Shown one piece after another: positions 18,577-27,262 of a stretch of 35,552 nt of DNA (position 1 is the first letter of the stretch; each line of letters begins with the position of its first letter). The DNA comes from a bacterium (GTDB lineage: Bacteria; Zhuqueibacterota; Zhuqueibacteria; Oceanimicrobiales; Oceanimicrobiaceae). A program made the translations under genes and the position numbers. The stretch is taken from NCBI GenBank assembly GCA_046757525.1, contig JBHHYI010000024.1, forward strand, positions 1-35,552, in the 5' to 3' direction. The notes below the pieces were generated by a model. That model was not told where the DNA came from. It worked only from the letters and a program-made list of their open reading frames with translations, and did not search any database.

Positions 18577-19896
18577 CTATTTTAGAGGTTCCTTTGCTGC
18601 TTGCCACCAGAGCCCCTTGTTGTAAAGGCCGAACACGCGGCCCTTTAACTTCCAGTGGTCGAAAGGGGTATTTTTAGACTTGGAGTACAGTTTTGTCTTG
18701 TCCACAAGCCACTCTATTTTCGGGTCGAAAATGGTTAGAGAAACCGGGCCGCCTTTTTTGAACGTGCCTCTTTTCAGCTTGAGTATTTCCGCCGGGTGTT
18801 TGGTCATTTTTGCAATGGCCTGAGGCAGAGACAGGACACCTGGCTCCACCAAACGGGTTAGTACCAGGCCGAGGGCTGTTTCTAACCCCAGAATACCAAA
18901 GGGTGCCGCGCTAAACTCCACTTCCTTTTCCTCGATGGCATGCGGGGCATGGTCGGTGGCGATAACTTCAATAGTGCCATCTTGCAGTCCTGCCAGCATG
19001 GCTTCCACATCTTGTGCGGTTCTCAGGGGTGGATTCATTTTAGTGTTGGTATCGTAATTCAGCACCGCTTCGTCATTCAGGGTGAAGTGATGCGGCGTGA
19101 CTTCACAGGTCACCGGCACGCCTCTTGTTTTCGCTTTTCGCACCAATTCCACGGCGCCGGCCGTCGAAATGTGAGCGATGTGGAGTCTGGCCTGGGTAAA
19201 TTCTGCCACCTGAATGTCGCGCGCCACGATGATCTCTTCAGCAATGTGCGGAATGCCGGGCAGCCCCAATCGAGTTGAGACCGCACCTTCGTTCACGGCG
19301 CCGTTTTTTGACAGCGACTTTTCTTCGCAATGCTCGATGATCGGCACGTCAAACATCCTGGCGTATTCCATAGCGTGTCTGAGGACGTCGGCGGTGGCCA
19401 CCGCGTCGCCGTCATCGGAAAACGCCACGGCACCGGCCTGCAACAAATCGGCCATTTCGGTGATCTCCAGTCCCGCCCTTTCTTTGGTTACCGTCCCAAT
19501 GGGAAAGACGTCTACCAACAAATCTTTCGATTGTTTTACCAGGTATTCGACGATCTCGGCATGATCGACTGGCGGTTCGGTGTTGGGCATGGCACAGACC
19601 GACGTGAATCCTCCGGCCATGGCGGCGTTGCTACCCGTTTCAATGGTCTCTTCGTCTTCGCGCCCTGGTTCCCTGAGATGCACGTGCATGTCAATCAAGC
19701 CGGGGCACAAGACCAACCCGGCAATATCGACGACCGTGCCTTCGAAATCTGGGGCGGTTATTTTTCCAATTTCTTCTAATTTTCCATTTCGCACCAGAAC
19801 ATCGGCTTTCACCTGCGTCAGCTTTTCAGGGTCTACCACCGTACCATTCTTAAACAGAATGTGGTCGGTGGATTCGGCAAGTTTGGTTAAATTCAT
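18577..19896 (-). CDS. pyrC: Dihydroorotase
   Basis: [40 protein letters not shown]. Confidence 0.96.
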   Translation of the reverse strand: MNLTKLAESTDHILFKNGTVVDPEKLTQVKADVLVRNGKLEEIGKITAPDFEGTVVDIAGLVLCPGLIDMHVHLREPGREDEETIETGSNAAMAGGFTSVCAMPNTEPPVDHAEIVEYLVKQSKDLLVDVFPIGTVTKERAGLEITEMADLLQAGAVAFSDDGDAVATADVLRHAMEYARMFDVPIIEHCEEKSLSKNGAVNEGAVSTRLGLPGIPHIAEEIIVARDIQVAEFTQARLHIAHISTAGAVELVRKAKTRGVPVTCEVTPHHFTLNDEAVLNYDTNTKMNPPLRTAQDVEAMLAGLQDGTIEVIATDHAPHAIEEKEVEFSAAPFGILGLETALGLVLTRLVEPGVLSLPQAIAKMTKHPAEILKLKRGTFKKGGPVSLTIFDPKIEWLVDKTKLYSKSKNTPFDHWKLKGRVFGLYNKGLWWQAAKEPLK

Positions 19897-20835
19897 TTAC
19901 GCTTCCGGTTGTAAAATTTCTCCGCCGCTTAATAGATACAAGACAGCCATTCGCACGGCCAGGCCATTGGTCACCTGGTTCAAGATCAGCGAGAATTCAC
20001 TGTCTGCCAATTCACTTTCGATTTCTACCCCGCGGTTGATCGGCCCGGGATGCAAGATGGTGACATCTTTTTTGGCTTGCTGCAAGCGTGCACGGGTTAT
20101 GCCGTAAAGATTGTGGTATTCCCGAATCGAGGGGAATAACCCCTTTTGCTGCCGTTCCAGTTGAAGACGCAGGACGTTCAACACATTGCACCATTCAATG
20201 GCCTCTTCAAGCTGGTAAAAGATTTCAGCGTTCCACTGCTCAGCTTCTCTGGGAATCAAGGTGGCTGGTGCGCAGATGGCCACCTGGGCGCCCATCGCCT
20301 GCAACCCGTAGATGTTGGAACGCGCCACCCGACTGTGCAGTATATCGCCAACGATGGCTACTTTGAGACCCTTTAAATTCCTGAACTTATCGCGCAAAGT
20401 CATCAAGTCCAACAGACCCTGGGTTGGGTGTTCGTGCTGACCGTCGCCGGCGTTGATAATCGAAGCTTCAACGCACTGGGTAAGAAAATGCGGTGCTCCT
20501 GCCGCACCGTGGCGGATGACCACCATGTCGATCTTCATGGCTTCGATGTTGCGCGCCGTGTCTCTCAAAGTTTCGCCTTTGAGAACCGAGGACGAAGACG
20601 CCGAGAAATTGACGGAGTCGGCTGACAGCCGCTTTTCGGCCAATTCAAAAGAGATGCGCGTGCGCGTTGAAGGCTCAAAAAACAGATTGACGATGGTCTT
20701 GCCGCGTAAGGTTGGCACTTTCGGAATGGGTCGTGTGAGGACTTCCTTAAACGATTCCGCGGTGTCTAAAATGAGTGTGATCTCTTCCTGGTTGAACCCT
20801 TCTAATCCCAACAAATGTTTTCTTGTAAATTCCAA
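19897..20835 (-). CDS. pyrB: Aspartate carbamoyltransferase catalytic subunit
   Basis: [51 protein letters not shown] start. Confidence 0.97.
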   Translation of the reverse strand: MEFTRKHLLGLEGFNQEEITLILDTAESFKEVLTRPIPKVPTLRGKTIVNLFFEPSTRTRISFELAEKRLSADSVNFSASSSSVLKGETLRDTARNIEAMKIDMVVIRHGAAGAPHFLTQCVEASIINAGDGQHEHPTQGLLDLMTLRDKFRNLKGLKVAIVGDILHSRVARSNIYGLQAMGAQVAICAPATLIPREAEQWNAEIFYQLEEAIEWCNVLNVLRLQLERQQKGLFPSIREYHNLYGITRARLQQAKKDVTILHPGPINRGVEIESELADSEFSLILNQVTNGLAVRMAVLYLLSGGEILQPEA

Positions 20836-21390
20836 TTAATTCTCCACCGAGGCTTCCACCAGGAATACCCCATCCTCATCATCTATTTCCTTGACTCGAA
20901 CGCGAACTTCTTCTTTGCTCGAGGTGGGGACGTTCTTACCGATATAGTCCGCACGAATCGGCAATTCTCTGTGTCCGCGATCGATTAAAACGGCTAACTC
21001 GATCTTGGTTGGACGACCAAAATCCACGACGGCATCCAAAGCAGCTCTAATGGTTCGTCCCGTATACAATACGTCATCCACCAAAATGACGGTCTTGCCA
21101 TCTATGTCGAAATCGATTTCAGTGGTTTGAACTTTTGGCTGCTTAATCTTCTTGAAAACATCGTCGCGGTACATGGTGACATCTAAAATGCCCAGCGGTA
21201 GCTTGATCTTTTCGATCTCTTCGATCTTGTCTATGATCCGTTTTGCCAGGGGGACGCCTCTGGTGCGGATGCCCAAAAGCAGCAGATTCTCCACGCCCCG
21301 GTTCCGTTCAACGATTTCATGGGCCAGCCGCGTGATGGTTCTATTGAGGTCTTCCTCATCTATGATTTGTTCTAAAACCTTGTTCGACAT
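20836..21390 (-). CDS. pyrR: Pyrimidine operon regulator / UPRTase PyrR
   Basis: [63 protein letters not shown]. Confidence 0.96.
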   Translation of the reverse strand: MSNKVLEQIIDEEDLNRTITRLAHEIVERNRGVENLLLLGIRTRGVPLAKRIIDKIEEIEKIKLPLGILDVTMYRDDVFKKIKQPKVQTTEIDFDIDGKTVILVDDVLYTGRTIRAALDAVVDFGRPTKIELAVLIDRGHRELPIRADYIGKNVPTSSKEEVRVRVKEIDDEDGVFLVEASVEN

Positions 21391-21399
21391 GACCGTATT

Positions 21400-21474
21400 T
21401 CACAAAAAAGCCTTCTCCGTATGTGAATGGGAGAAGGCAACCACCGTACAACAAGCATTGGTTTTCTGAGACAT
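21400..21474 (-). CDS. Putative pyr operon leader peptide (MSQKTNACCTVVAFSHSHTEKAFL)
   Basis: 24-codon ORF starting about 20 nt downstream of the -10 box and reading through the terminator hairpin; no clear SD. Confidence 0.4.
   Translation of the reverse strand: MSQKTNACCTVVAFSHSHTEKAFL
21404..21438 (-). terminator. Intrinsic terminator/attenuator in the pyrR leader
   Basis: GCCTTCTCC-11nt-GGAGAAGGC perfect 9-bp stem followed by TTTTTT, 13 nt before the pyrR ATG. Confidence 0.85.
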
Positions 21475-21496
21475 TATGGGTTAGCGTTTGACTAAA

Positions 21497-21525
21497 ATGT
21501 TACAAAATTTTTTACTCAGAGTCAA
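21497..21525 (-). promoter_or_regulatory. sigma70-type promoter for the pyrR operon
   Basis: TTGACT (21525-21520), 17-bp spacer, TAACAT (21502-21497); same -35 hexamer as the rplM promoter. Confidence 0.7.
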
Positions 21526-21594
21526 GCAAAATTTGGGTTGAGGAATACCCATCGAGGCAAGCGGGAATGCGGGTGGATTCTGAGTGGTACAGCA

Positions 21595-22533
21595 TTAATT
21601 CAAAATATAATCCTCTGGATTTTGTGGTCGTCCTTTGTGCCAGACTTCGTAATGCAAATGCGGGCCGGTAGCCCGGCCGGTGTCCCCGGAGAGGCCAATG
21701 ACGTCCCATCGCTTTACTTTCTGACCTGGCTTCACCAGAATCTTTGACAGATGACCGTACAAGGTCTTGTACCCAAAGCCGTGATTGATGATAATGACGC
21801 GTCCATAACCCTTGTTCAAACGGTAACGCGCGCGGGTGAATTCCACGATGCCAGCCGCTGCCGCGTAAATTTTGGTGCCGTAGCGGGCGGCCAAATCTAT
21901 GCCGTTATGATGTTTGATCTTTTCAATGAAAGGATCCTTGCGATTGCCAAATCTATCGGTGACCCTGCCACCGGTGACCGGCCGGATGGAAGGAATGTGT
22001 TTGATCTCTTTTTGGGTTTGCAAGAATTTGTCCTCGATAATGCCTTGAAGCTTCATGGCATTTTCAATTCTCGTTTCAAGGTCCGTCATATATTCTGAGA
22101 TTTGTTTCGCATGATATTCAAAATCTACAGGTGCGGACGCCATGATGAGATTATTATTTGACAACAAATTCGCTTGCGGCAAGAGGCTGTCGTACTCAGT
22201 TGAGGTGAGTCCAACCAAAACTTCCAGGTCTTCAGTGTCTTCTTCAAGACTGGTCATTTGATCGGACAGTTTCTTGACCTGATTTTGCAGCAACTTAATT
22301 TTTCCTTTCAAGAACGAGTTGGTCTCTATGAGGTGGTTATGCGTATTGTTTTGATACAAACTGTTGCAAATTGTTACACTAAAGAAAAACAAACCGCTGA
22401 GCATTAAAGAAGCCATGCCCAGGATGGTGAAGAGGCCGCGCCAATTAAATTCAAATTGACGAATATCGGATTGGCCAGTGGAGAAAAACACTAACCGAAT
22501 CTTATCAGATTTCGAAGGCGTTTTTATTTTCAT
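21595..22533 (-). CDS. M23-family (LytM-type) peptidoglycan endopeptidase with TM and coiled coil
   Basis: HNGID (HxxxD), GYGRVIIINH, YGHLS, TGPHLHYEV (HxH). Confidence 0.92.
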   Translation of the reverse strand: MKIKTPSKSDKIRLVFFSTGQSDIRQFEFNWRGLFTILGMASLMLSGLFFFSVTICNSLYQNNTHNHLIETNSFLKGKIKLLQNQVKKLSDQMTSLEEDTEDLEVLVGLTSTEYDSLLPQANLLSNNNLIMASAPVDFEYHAKQISEYMTDLETRIENAMKLQGIIEDKFLQTQKEIKHIPSIRPVTGGRVTDRFGNRKDPFIEKIKHHNGIDLAARYGTKIYAAAAGIVEFTRARYRLNKGYGRVIIINHGFGYKTLYGHLSKILVKPGQKVKRWDVIGLSGDTGRATGPHLHYEVWHKGRPQNPEDYILN

Positions 22534-22694
22534 AAAATGTCCAGGTCTAAGTTAACTAAATATAATATGTTCTGAAGTCGACATCAAACTGACTGTTCTG
22601 AAATCAAACGAATAGCTAAGAATACGCTGGCCTGGCTGTGGTTGCTGTTTTCGTCGGACGCTGGCCCCTGTTTTCCAAAATTCTACAAAAATTT

Positions 22695-22710
22695 TGCAAA
22701 TTTCGTTCCA
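22695..22710 (-). promoter_or_regulatory. Putative sigma54 (-24/-12) promoter for the M23 peptidase
   Basis: TGGAACG-AAAT-TTGCA with exact GG-N10-GC spacing, in the intergenic region about 160 bp upstream of the ATG. Confidence 0.6.
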
Positions 22711-22745
22711 ACAAATCGTTGTTCTTGCCGGGCCGAACGGCTCGA

Positions 22746-23234
22746 TCAGGGTTTGCCGGTTTGGCTTAAACCGATGGAAAAGGCAAAATCCGAGCTGTTT
22801 CTTGCGGCCGTCTCAAAACTGAGATTGAGTCGTGAAGGCAGATCGAACTCCGAACCTACAATGGCTCCGGCTTCAAATCCGCTCAAGTATTCGCCTGTCC
22901 GTCGATGTTGAGAGACGCCGCCGTCGGACAATACGAGTTTGTCGATTGCGGTTTCTAAGCGCTGCACAAATCGGCCGCGCGCCGTAGCGTAAGTGATTAG
23001 ACTCCCAAGGCCGCAGACAAAATAGTGCTTTGAATCGCTTGTCACCCTTGAAATCTGTTTTCGCGCCAAGCTGCCCGAAACGGAAACCGCCAACTCATGG
23101 TGAGTTTGTGTGATTAAGGGATTACCCGTCAATTGAGCACAAGTGCTCGGTGCAGACAAAGATAGCCCCCAAAAAGCAAAAATGCTAATAAATAGTTTGT
23201 AACAATTATTGAACAATTCAGTTTTGGGCCTCAA
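22746..23234 (-). CDS. Hypothetical exported protein, possibly a truncated small OM beta-barrel
   Basis: Signal peptide ...SAPSTCA|Q; C-terminal amphipathic strands (FEAGAIVGSEFDL..LNLSFET..FAFSIGLS); start uncertain. Confidence 0.45.
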   Translation of the reverse strand: MRPKTELFNNCYKLFISIFAFWGLSLSAPSTCAQLTGNPLITQTHHELAVSVSGSLARKQISRVTSDSKHYFVCGLGSLITYATARGRFVQRLETAIDKLVLSDGGVSQHRRTGEYLSGFEAGAIVGSEFDLPSRLNLSFETAARNSSDFAFSIGLSQTGKP

Positions 23235-23377
23235 TTCAGATTCAAGTCAATTAGGTCCGAAGAATTTAGGTGTTGCTGCAACTGGTTGTAATTGCTCGGG
23301 CTGTACTGCTTAGCGAAAAACAGTGCCGCCAGGAATCGCCCGTGCTGGATAAATGTCTTCGCGGACCTTTGACATTA

Positions 23378-23581
23378 TTATATGGTGACTCCGATATAAA
23401 ACATGATCAAACTTACAATTAGGAGAATGATCCCGGACCACTTGCTGTGGATCACCGTGCCGTGGTCCGTAAAAATCAGCTTGTTGCCGATTTCGCTGAG
23501 TTTGACGATGGTTTTTGGTGTAAAGAGATACATCAAACTGAAGAGTAGCAATATCGCTCCAATGAAAATAAAGATTGGCAT
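23378..23581 (-). CDS. Small two-TM membrane protein (67 aa)
   Basis: SD GAGGTG upstream of ATG; two hydrophobic segments; double TAA stop. Confidence 0.7.
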   Translation of the reverse strand: MPIFIFIGAILLLFSLMYLFTPKTIVKLSEIGNKLIFTDHGTVIHSKWSGIILLIVSLIMFYIGVTI

Positions 23582-23647
23582 AACGCACCTCGCAATTCCC
23601 TGTTGATTCTAACTTTTATTGCTTTTAAAGATTTGTCCAACGCTTCC

Positions 23648-24952
23648 TCAATTCGGCAACTCTTTCCAGGAGAGGACGCTATATTGTCCTGTTACCGGGT
23701 AATAGGGAGGAGGCGTATCGGTGAACCGGTTGTCGTAATGGTAGTCTTTCTTGTACCCGGTATAAGTCCCGCCGCCAAAAGTTCCAACCGGGCCCCGCAC
23801 TTTTTGACTGAGCGATCCCCAAATGGTCAAGTCCCCGCGCGGGGGGCCACTCCAATAGTTTTCCACGGTGAAGGAGCTCCCCAGAGTGAGCATGGCTGCG
23901 TCTATGACGACATCGTTTTGGTTGGGCGTATTGTCCGCCACAACGATGTTTTTCAACGAAATCAACCCGAGCACATCGTCGCAACCGGGCAAGGGTTTGC
24001 CGTTGGCGTCTGACATTTCGTAAACCAGATTGTCCACGATGTAGATGTTATTAGTTGCGACTACTGAGACGCTGCCGTCCAACGTGCCTTTGAGATCAAT
24101 GTCACCTTTGACGTACACCAGGCCGTTCAGGGCAACGACGTTTACGACGGAATCCTGGATGTCATAGACTTGAGTGGAGCCGGACCAGTGCCAGACGTCA
24201 AAAGTCAGCGTGCCGTTTGCCTTGAACTCGATGCTGGCGTCTTTGCCAAAGCGGGCATCGATGATCAGTTGGGGAGGATTGGTATTGACTGCCCAATAAT
24301 TGTCGATGAGGTCTTGCCGGGTTGGGAAGGTGGCTGGCGGTGCCCCCAACTGATAGCCTTCTTGAAAGTCGGGATTGAAGGGGACACCCTTGTTGAAGGT
24401 GGCGGCTGAGCTGGTTACCTTGCCCATGAACGTGGGACTGCCAACGATTGAGATGCGATCGTTGCTGTGCAGCGGCCCTTCGATGACGTCGCCCGTGTTG
24501 AACCAAATGGTGCCACCCTCGTTGCCGGTCAAGTAAGCGTATTTGTTGAACGTAGTCATCTCCATGATCAATTCAATCTTTCGGGTTGCCTGGTCGGCGT
24601 CTCCTTCAGAGATGATTTTGTACTTTTTTAGATAATTGCTCGCGTTGCCGTCGTCGGGATCGACGGTGACGGTGTAGGTGCCCGGCCCGGCCAGCACGTG
24701 GTTGTACTTGACAAATGGCTCGATTCCGCCCGGTGGCGGGTCCTGGTATCGCAGCCAACGCGCCGTCACTTCGATGCCGCTTTCAGCCAGCCAAAAAGCC
24801 TGGGACGCCTGCAGATGATTCACGGCAATTCTGTTGTCAATCACCACGGCGGAAATCGTCATGTAGCCCAAGATCGACAAGAACATCCCGGCAATGATCG
24901 CCAAGATCAATGACACTCCCCTTTCATTGAGCACTGTCCCGAAGCCTTTCAT
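23648..24952 (-). CDS. Large PilX-type minor pilin with C-terminal beta-solenoid (ComZ/DUF4900-like)
   Basis: ERG|VSLIL (no Glu5), QAFWLAESGIE, IWF..GDVIEGPLHSN, NGLVYVKGDI, GYKKDYHYDNR..PPPYYP; TGATG coupling to the upstream gene at 24952. Confidence 0.8.
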   Translation of the reverse strand: MKGFGTVLNERGVSLILAIIAGMFLSILGYMTISAVVIDNRIAVNHLQASQAFWLAESGIEVTARWLRYQDPPPGGIEPFVKYNHVLAGPGTYTVTVDPDDGNASNYLKKYKIISEGDADQATRKIELIMEMTTFNKYAYLTGNEGGTIWFNTGDVIEGPLHSNDRISIVGSPTFMGKVTSSAATFNKGVPFNPDFQEGYQLGAPPATFPTRQDLIDNYWAVNTNPPQLIIDARFGKDASIEFKANGTLTFDVWHWSGSTQVYDIQDSVVNVVALNGLVYVKGDIDLKGTLDGSVSVVATNNIYIVDNLVYEMSDANGKPLPGCDDVLGLISLKNIVVADNTPNQNDVVIDAAMLTLGSSFTVENYWSGPPRGDLTIWGSLSQKVRGPVGTFGGGTYTGYKKDYHYDNRFTDTPPPYYPVTGQYSVLSWKELPN

Positions 24953-25329
24953 CAGTAGTTTGCCAGGTAAGCTGTTAAAATGCAATCTTCGATGTTGGGA
25001 TGCGTGACGCGTACCTTTACTTCCTTGTAGGTCGCCTGGTCCGTAACGGTCACGTAGCGGCTGAAGCCTCGATAGCCATTGGCATTGGTCTCCGCCGCGT
25101 AGTTGCTTTCATCGATGTAACCAAAACCTTTGCCATTCTTGTCGGCAAATATGGTTTCCATTTTGTCGTTGGCTAAGTTTATGGCCGTGGTCAGAACCTC
25201 GTTGTCTAAGTTGTGCACCAGGCCGCTGGACATCATCTCCATCGTTGAAATCAGTGCAACGCCTAAGAATATGATCACCAGCACCATTTCGATTAAAGAA
25301 TAGCCTCGGTTGTTCAGTATTGCTTTCAT
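24952..25329 (-). CDS. PilV/GspI-type minor pilin
   Basis: NRG|YSLIEMVLVIIFLGVAL, AINLANDKMETI, KEVKVRVT; ATG 25329 lies 2 nt after the upstream stop. Confidence 0.8.
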   Translation of the reverse strand: MKAILNNRGYSLIEMVLVIIFLGVALISTMEMMSSGLVHNLDNEVLTTAINLANDKMETIFADKNGKGFGYIDESNYAAETNANGYRGFSRYVTVTDQATYKEVKVRVTHPNIEDCILTAYLANY

Positions 25330-25331
25330 GC

Positions 25332-25733
25332 TCACCGCCTTCGGTTGTGCCTGCGTCTGATTCGTCGATTTTTCGTACGACAGTAAGCTCTCTGGCGACG
25401 CCGGCTGTACCCATACCTCCTGCCGTCTTCGGGACACACGGGCACCTTACCGTTCTTGAACATCGCCGGAACAATGCGTCTGGGGAACCGGTCGCTGCCC
25501 TTCAACAAACTGTCCGCGTAGGCCAGGGCCACAGCGGTCTCGATGGCCATTTGGTTGGCTTTGCAGATGTTGGTTTTTATTTTCGCTCTCAGGTCGACGT
25601 ATTTGGGTATGGCTATTGCCGACAAAAAGATAAAGATAAAGACAACCGTTATGAGCTCAATGAGGGTATATCCATTTTGGTCCTTTGAAATGGCTACGTC
25701 GTATTGGACATCCTTTGTTTCTTGGGAATCCAT
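25332..25733 (-). CDS. Arg-rich minor pilin, paralogue of the major pilin
   Basis: QNG|YTLIEL; 48/97 ungapped identity to the mature major pilin; 15 Arg in the last 29 residues. Confidence 0.85.
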   Translation of the reverse strand: MDSQETKDVQYDVAISKDQNGYTLIELITVVFIFIFLSAIAIPKYVDLRAKIKTNICKANQMAIETAVALAYADSLLKGSDRFPRRIVPAMFKNGKVPVCPEDGRRYGYSRRRQRAYCRTKNRRIRRRHNRRR

Positions 25734-25763
25734 TTTGAACTCAAACGGAATTAGCTCTCGTGA

Positions 25764-26261
25764 CTAAAAATTTCTTGGTGTTATCTTGCTTTTCAGAGTG
25801 ACCCGTTGGGCCTGGTTTAAAATGGTTAAGCTCAAAGAAACGCTACGAATGAGCGATGGGTCCATGACCGGAGTGTTCAACAGAGTGCCAGATTTGTCGA
25901 AGTAGTCGAATTGGAAATCCGGAACATGGGTCATGAGTTGATCCTGGTTGCGCCAAAGCTGGTCGCCCACATAGCGATACGAAATCATGGTATCGTTGAT
26001 GTCGTCAAATCTTATAGAATCCGCTGAAGCCTGGTAAATGCTGTCGGGCGCCATCATTTGTCGAATATCTGTTGTCATCATTTGCAAGGCTAACCTTGCG
26101 TTCTGCAGTAATTCGTTACGCTGTGATATCAGGTTGTAGGTGTCGATCTCAAAGCTAATGATTTTGGACACAAACCCGGCCAAGATGGCCACCATTACCA
26201 TCACCAAGATCACTTCCAGGAGTGTCATGCCCTTCTCAGAATTCTTGCCCGGCACATTCAT
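25764..26261 (-). CDS. PilW/GspJ-type minor pilin
   Basis: EKG|MTLLEVILVM, QNARLALQMMTTDIR, FQFDYFDKSG, KITPRN; ATG 26261 preferred over TTG 26279. Confidence 0.8.
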   Translation of the reverse strand: MNVPGKNSEKGMTLLEVILVMVMVAILAGFVSKIISFEIDTYNLISQRNELLQNARLALQMMTTDIRQMMAPDSIYQASADSIRFDDINDTMISYRYVGDQLWRNQDQLMTHVPDFQFDYFDKSGTLLNTPVMDPSLIRSVSLSLTILNQAQRVTLKSKITPRNF

Positions 26262-26265
26262 CAGC

Positions 26266-26769
26266 TTAGAAATCTTCAATGCTAAGCAGACCCGTGTTAG
26301 CTGTAATCCTAATTCTCTTGCTGTTGTTAAAAGTGACTAAGGTCAGCGTGCCCGAAAATGCCGCTCCAGCATTGAGTGGCGACCCTACGGAGTCGAAGTC
26401 TAATCTCCCGCCCGTAAAAGCCGTCCCGGTAATGGTCACATCTCGGAATTTCCCCTGACCGAATTGGATGATGAAGTCGCTGCCTCCGACAGGGTTTTCA
26501 ATGTAAGCGCCGCTTTCCCACTTTAAGTAGTAACGATTGTTGGTCTGGTCGATGTAGATGCGCGTGCCGGTTCGTTGCGTCAAGGCCAATTGTTGCGCAA
26601 AGCGGGTATCCGAGGTGATTTTTCGCACCACCGTTTCAAGCTGTAATCTCTTGTGGCTGTCGTTCAATCTGGCCACTGCGACATAAGCAAGAATACCGAT
26701 GAGCACCACCACGGCGATTATTTCGATGAACGTAAAACCGTTTTCACGCTGCAATTTTGTTTTTTGCAT
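26266..26769 (-). CDS. FimT/FimU/GspH-type minor pilin
   Basis: ENG|FTFIEII, SDTRFAQQLAL, LDFDSVGSP, IRITANTG. Confidence 0.8.
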   Translation of the reverse strand: MQKTKLQRENGFTFIEIIAVVVLIGILAYVAVARLNDSHKRLQLETVVRKITSDTRFAQQLALTQRTGTRIYIDQTNNRYYLKWESGAYIENPVGGSDFIIQFGQGKFRDVTITGTAFTGGRLDFDSVGSPLNAGAAFSGTLTLVTFNNSKRIRITANTGLLSIEDF

Positions 26770-26788
26770 TGTGTCTCTTGAATGAATT

Positions 26789-26821
26789 AAAGGGAAGCAG
26801 CATTTTGGCGAGCTTCCCTTT
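26789..26821 (-). terminator. Hairpin after the major pilin (probable leaky terminator or mRNA stabiliser)
   Basis: AAAGGGAAGC (26789-26798)/GCTTCCCTTT (26812-26821) perfect 10-bp stem; only a weak U-tract on the minus strand. Confidence 0.6.
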
Positions 26822-26858
26822 TTTACTCGCTTTTTGTTGTGAACGCAACACCTCCGTG

Positions 26859-27197
26859 CTATCTCTGATGCTCGGCCAGATTGTTCGGGCAGCTTGCAGT
26901 GCCATTGGTCGGGTCATAAGCAATCTGATCCCCATCGTAGGGACAAGTAGGAATCTGGCCGTTACGAAACATGGCTGCTGAGAGGACTGTTGGGAACACT
27001 GGATTGCCTGCGATGGCGCTATCTGCGTAGGCGATGGAGGCAGCAGCCTCCACAGCAGCTTGATTGGCTTTGCACTTGGCGGCTTTGGCGCTGTCGCTGA
27101 GGTCCACGAATTTGGGAACGGCAATGGCAGACAAAATACCCAAAATCACGATGACCATGATGAGTTCGATCAAAGTAAACCCGCTTTGATTTTTCAT
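26859..27197 (-). CDS. pilA: Major type IV pilin (106 aa mature)
   Basis: SG|FTLIELIMVIVILGILSAIAVPKF; strong SD GGAGGTG; first gene after the sigma54 promoter and followed by a hairpin. Confidence 0.85.
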   Translation of the reverse strand: MKNQSGFTLIELIMVIVILGILSAIAVPKFVDLSDSAKAAKCKANQAAVEAAASIAYADSAIAGNPVFPTVLSAAMFRNGQIPTCPYDGDQIAYDPTNGTASCPNNLAEHQR

Positions 27198-27262
27198 ACG
27201 TCACCTCCAATAATCGTAAGATATTGATTTGGTTTAAGTTCAGAACATTTGTCAACAGAACA

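Noticed and set aside
21608..21621. AATCCAGAGG resembling a PyrR loop
   Set aside because: Two bases short of consensus, inside the M23 coding sequence (NPEDY) and upstream of the pyr promoter
25332..25420. Frameshift as the cause of the Arg-rich pilin tail
   Set aside because: Conserved D-G, Y, A-x-C and His stay in register with the major pilin, and the stop lies 2 nt before the next ATG
27217..27229. IHF consensus AATCAATATCTTA near the pilin promoter
   Set aside because: Lies downstream of the predicted transcription start, not between enhancer and promoter; likely chance in AT-rich DNA
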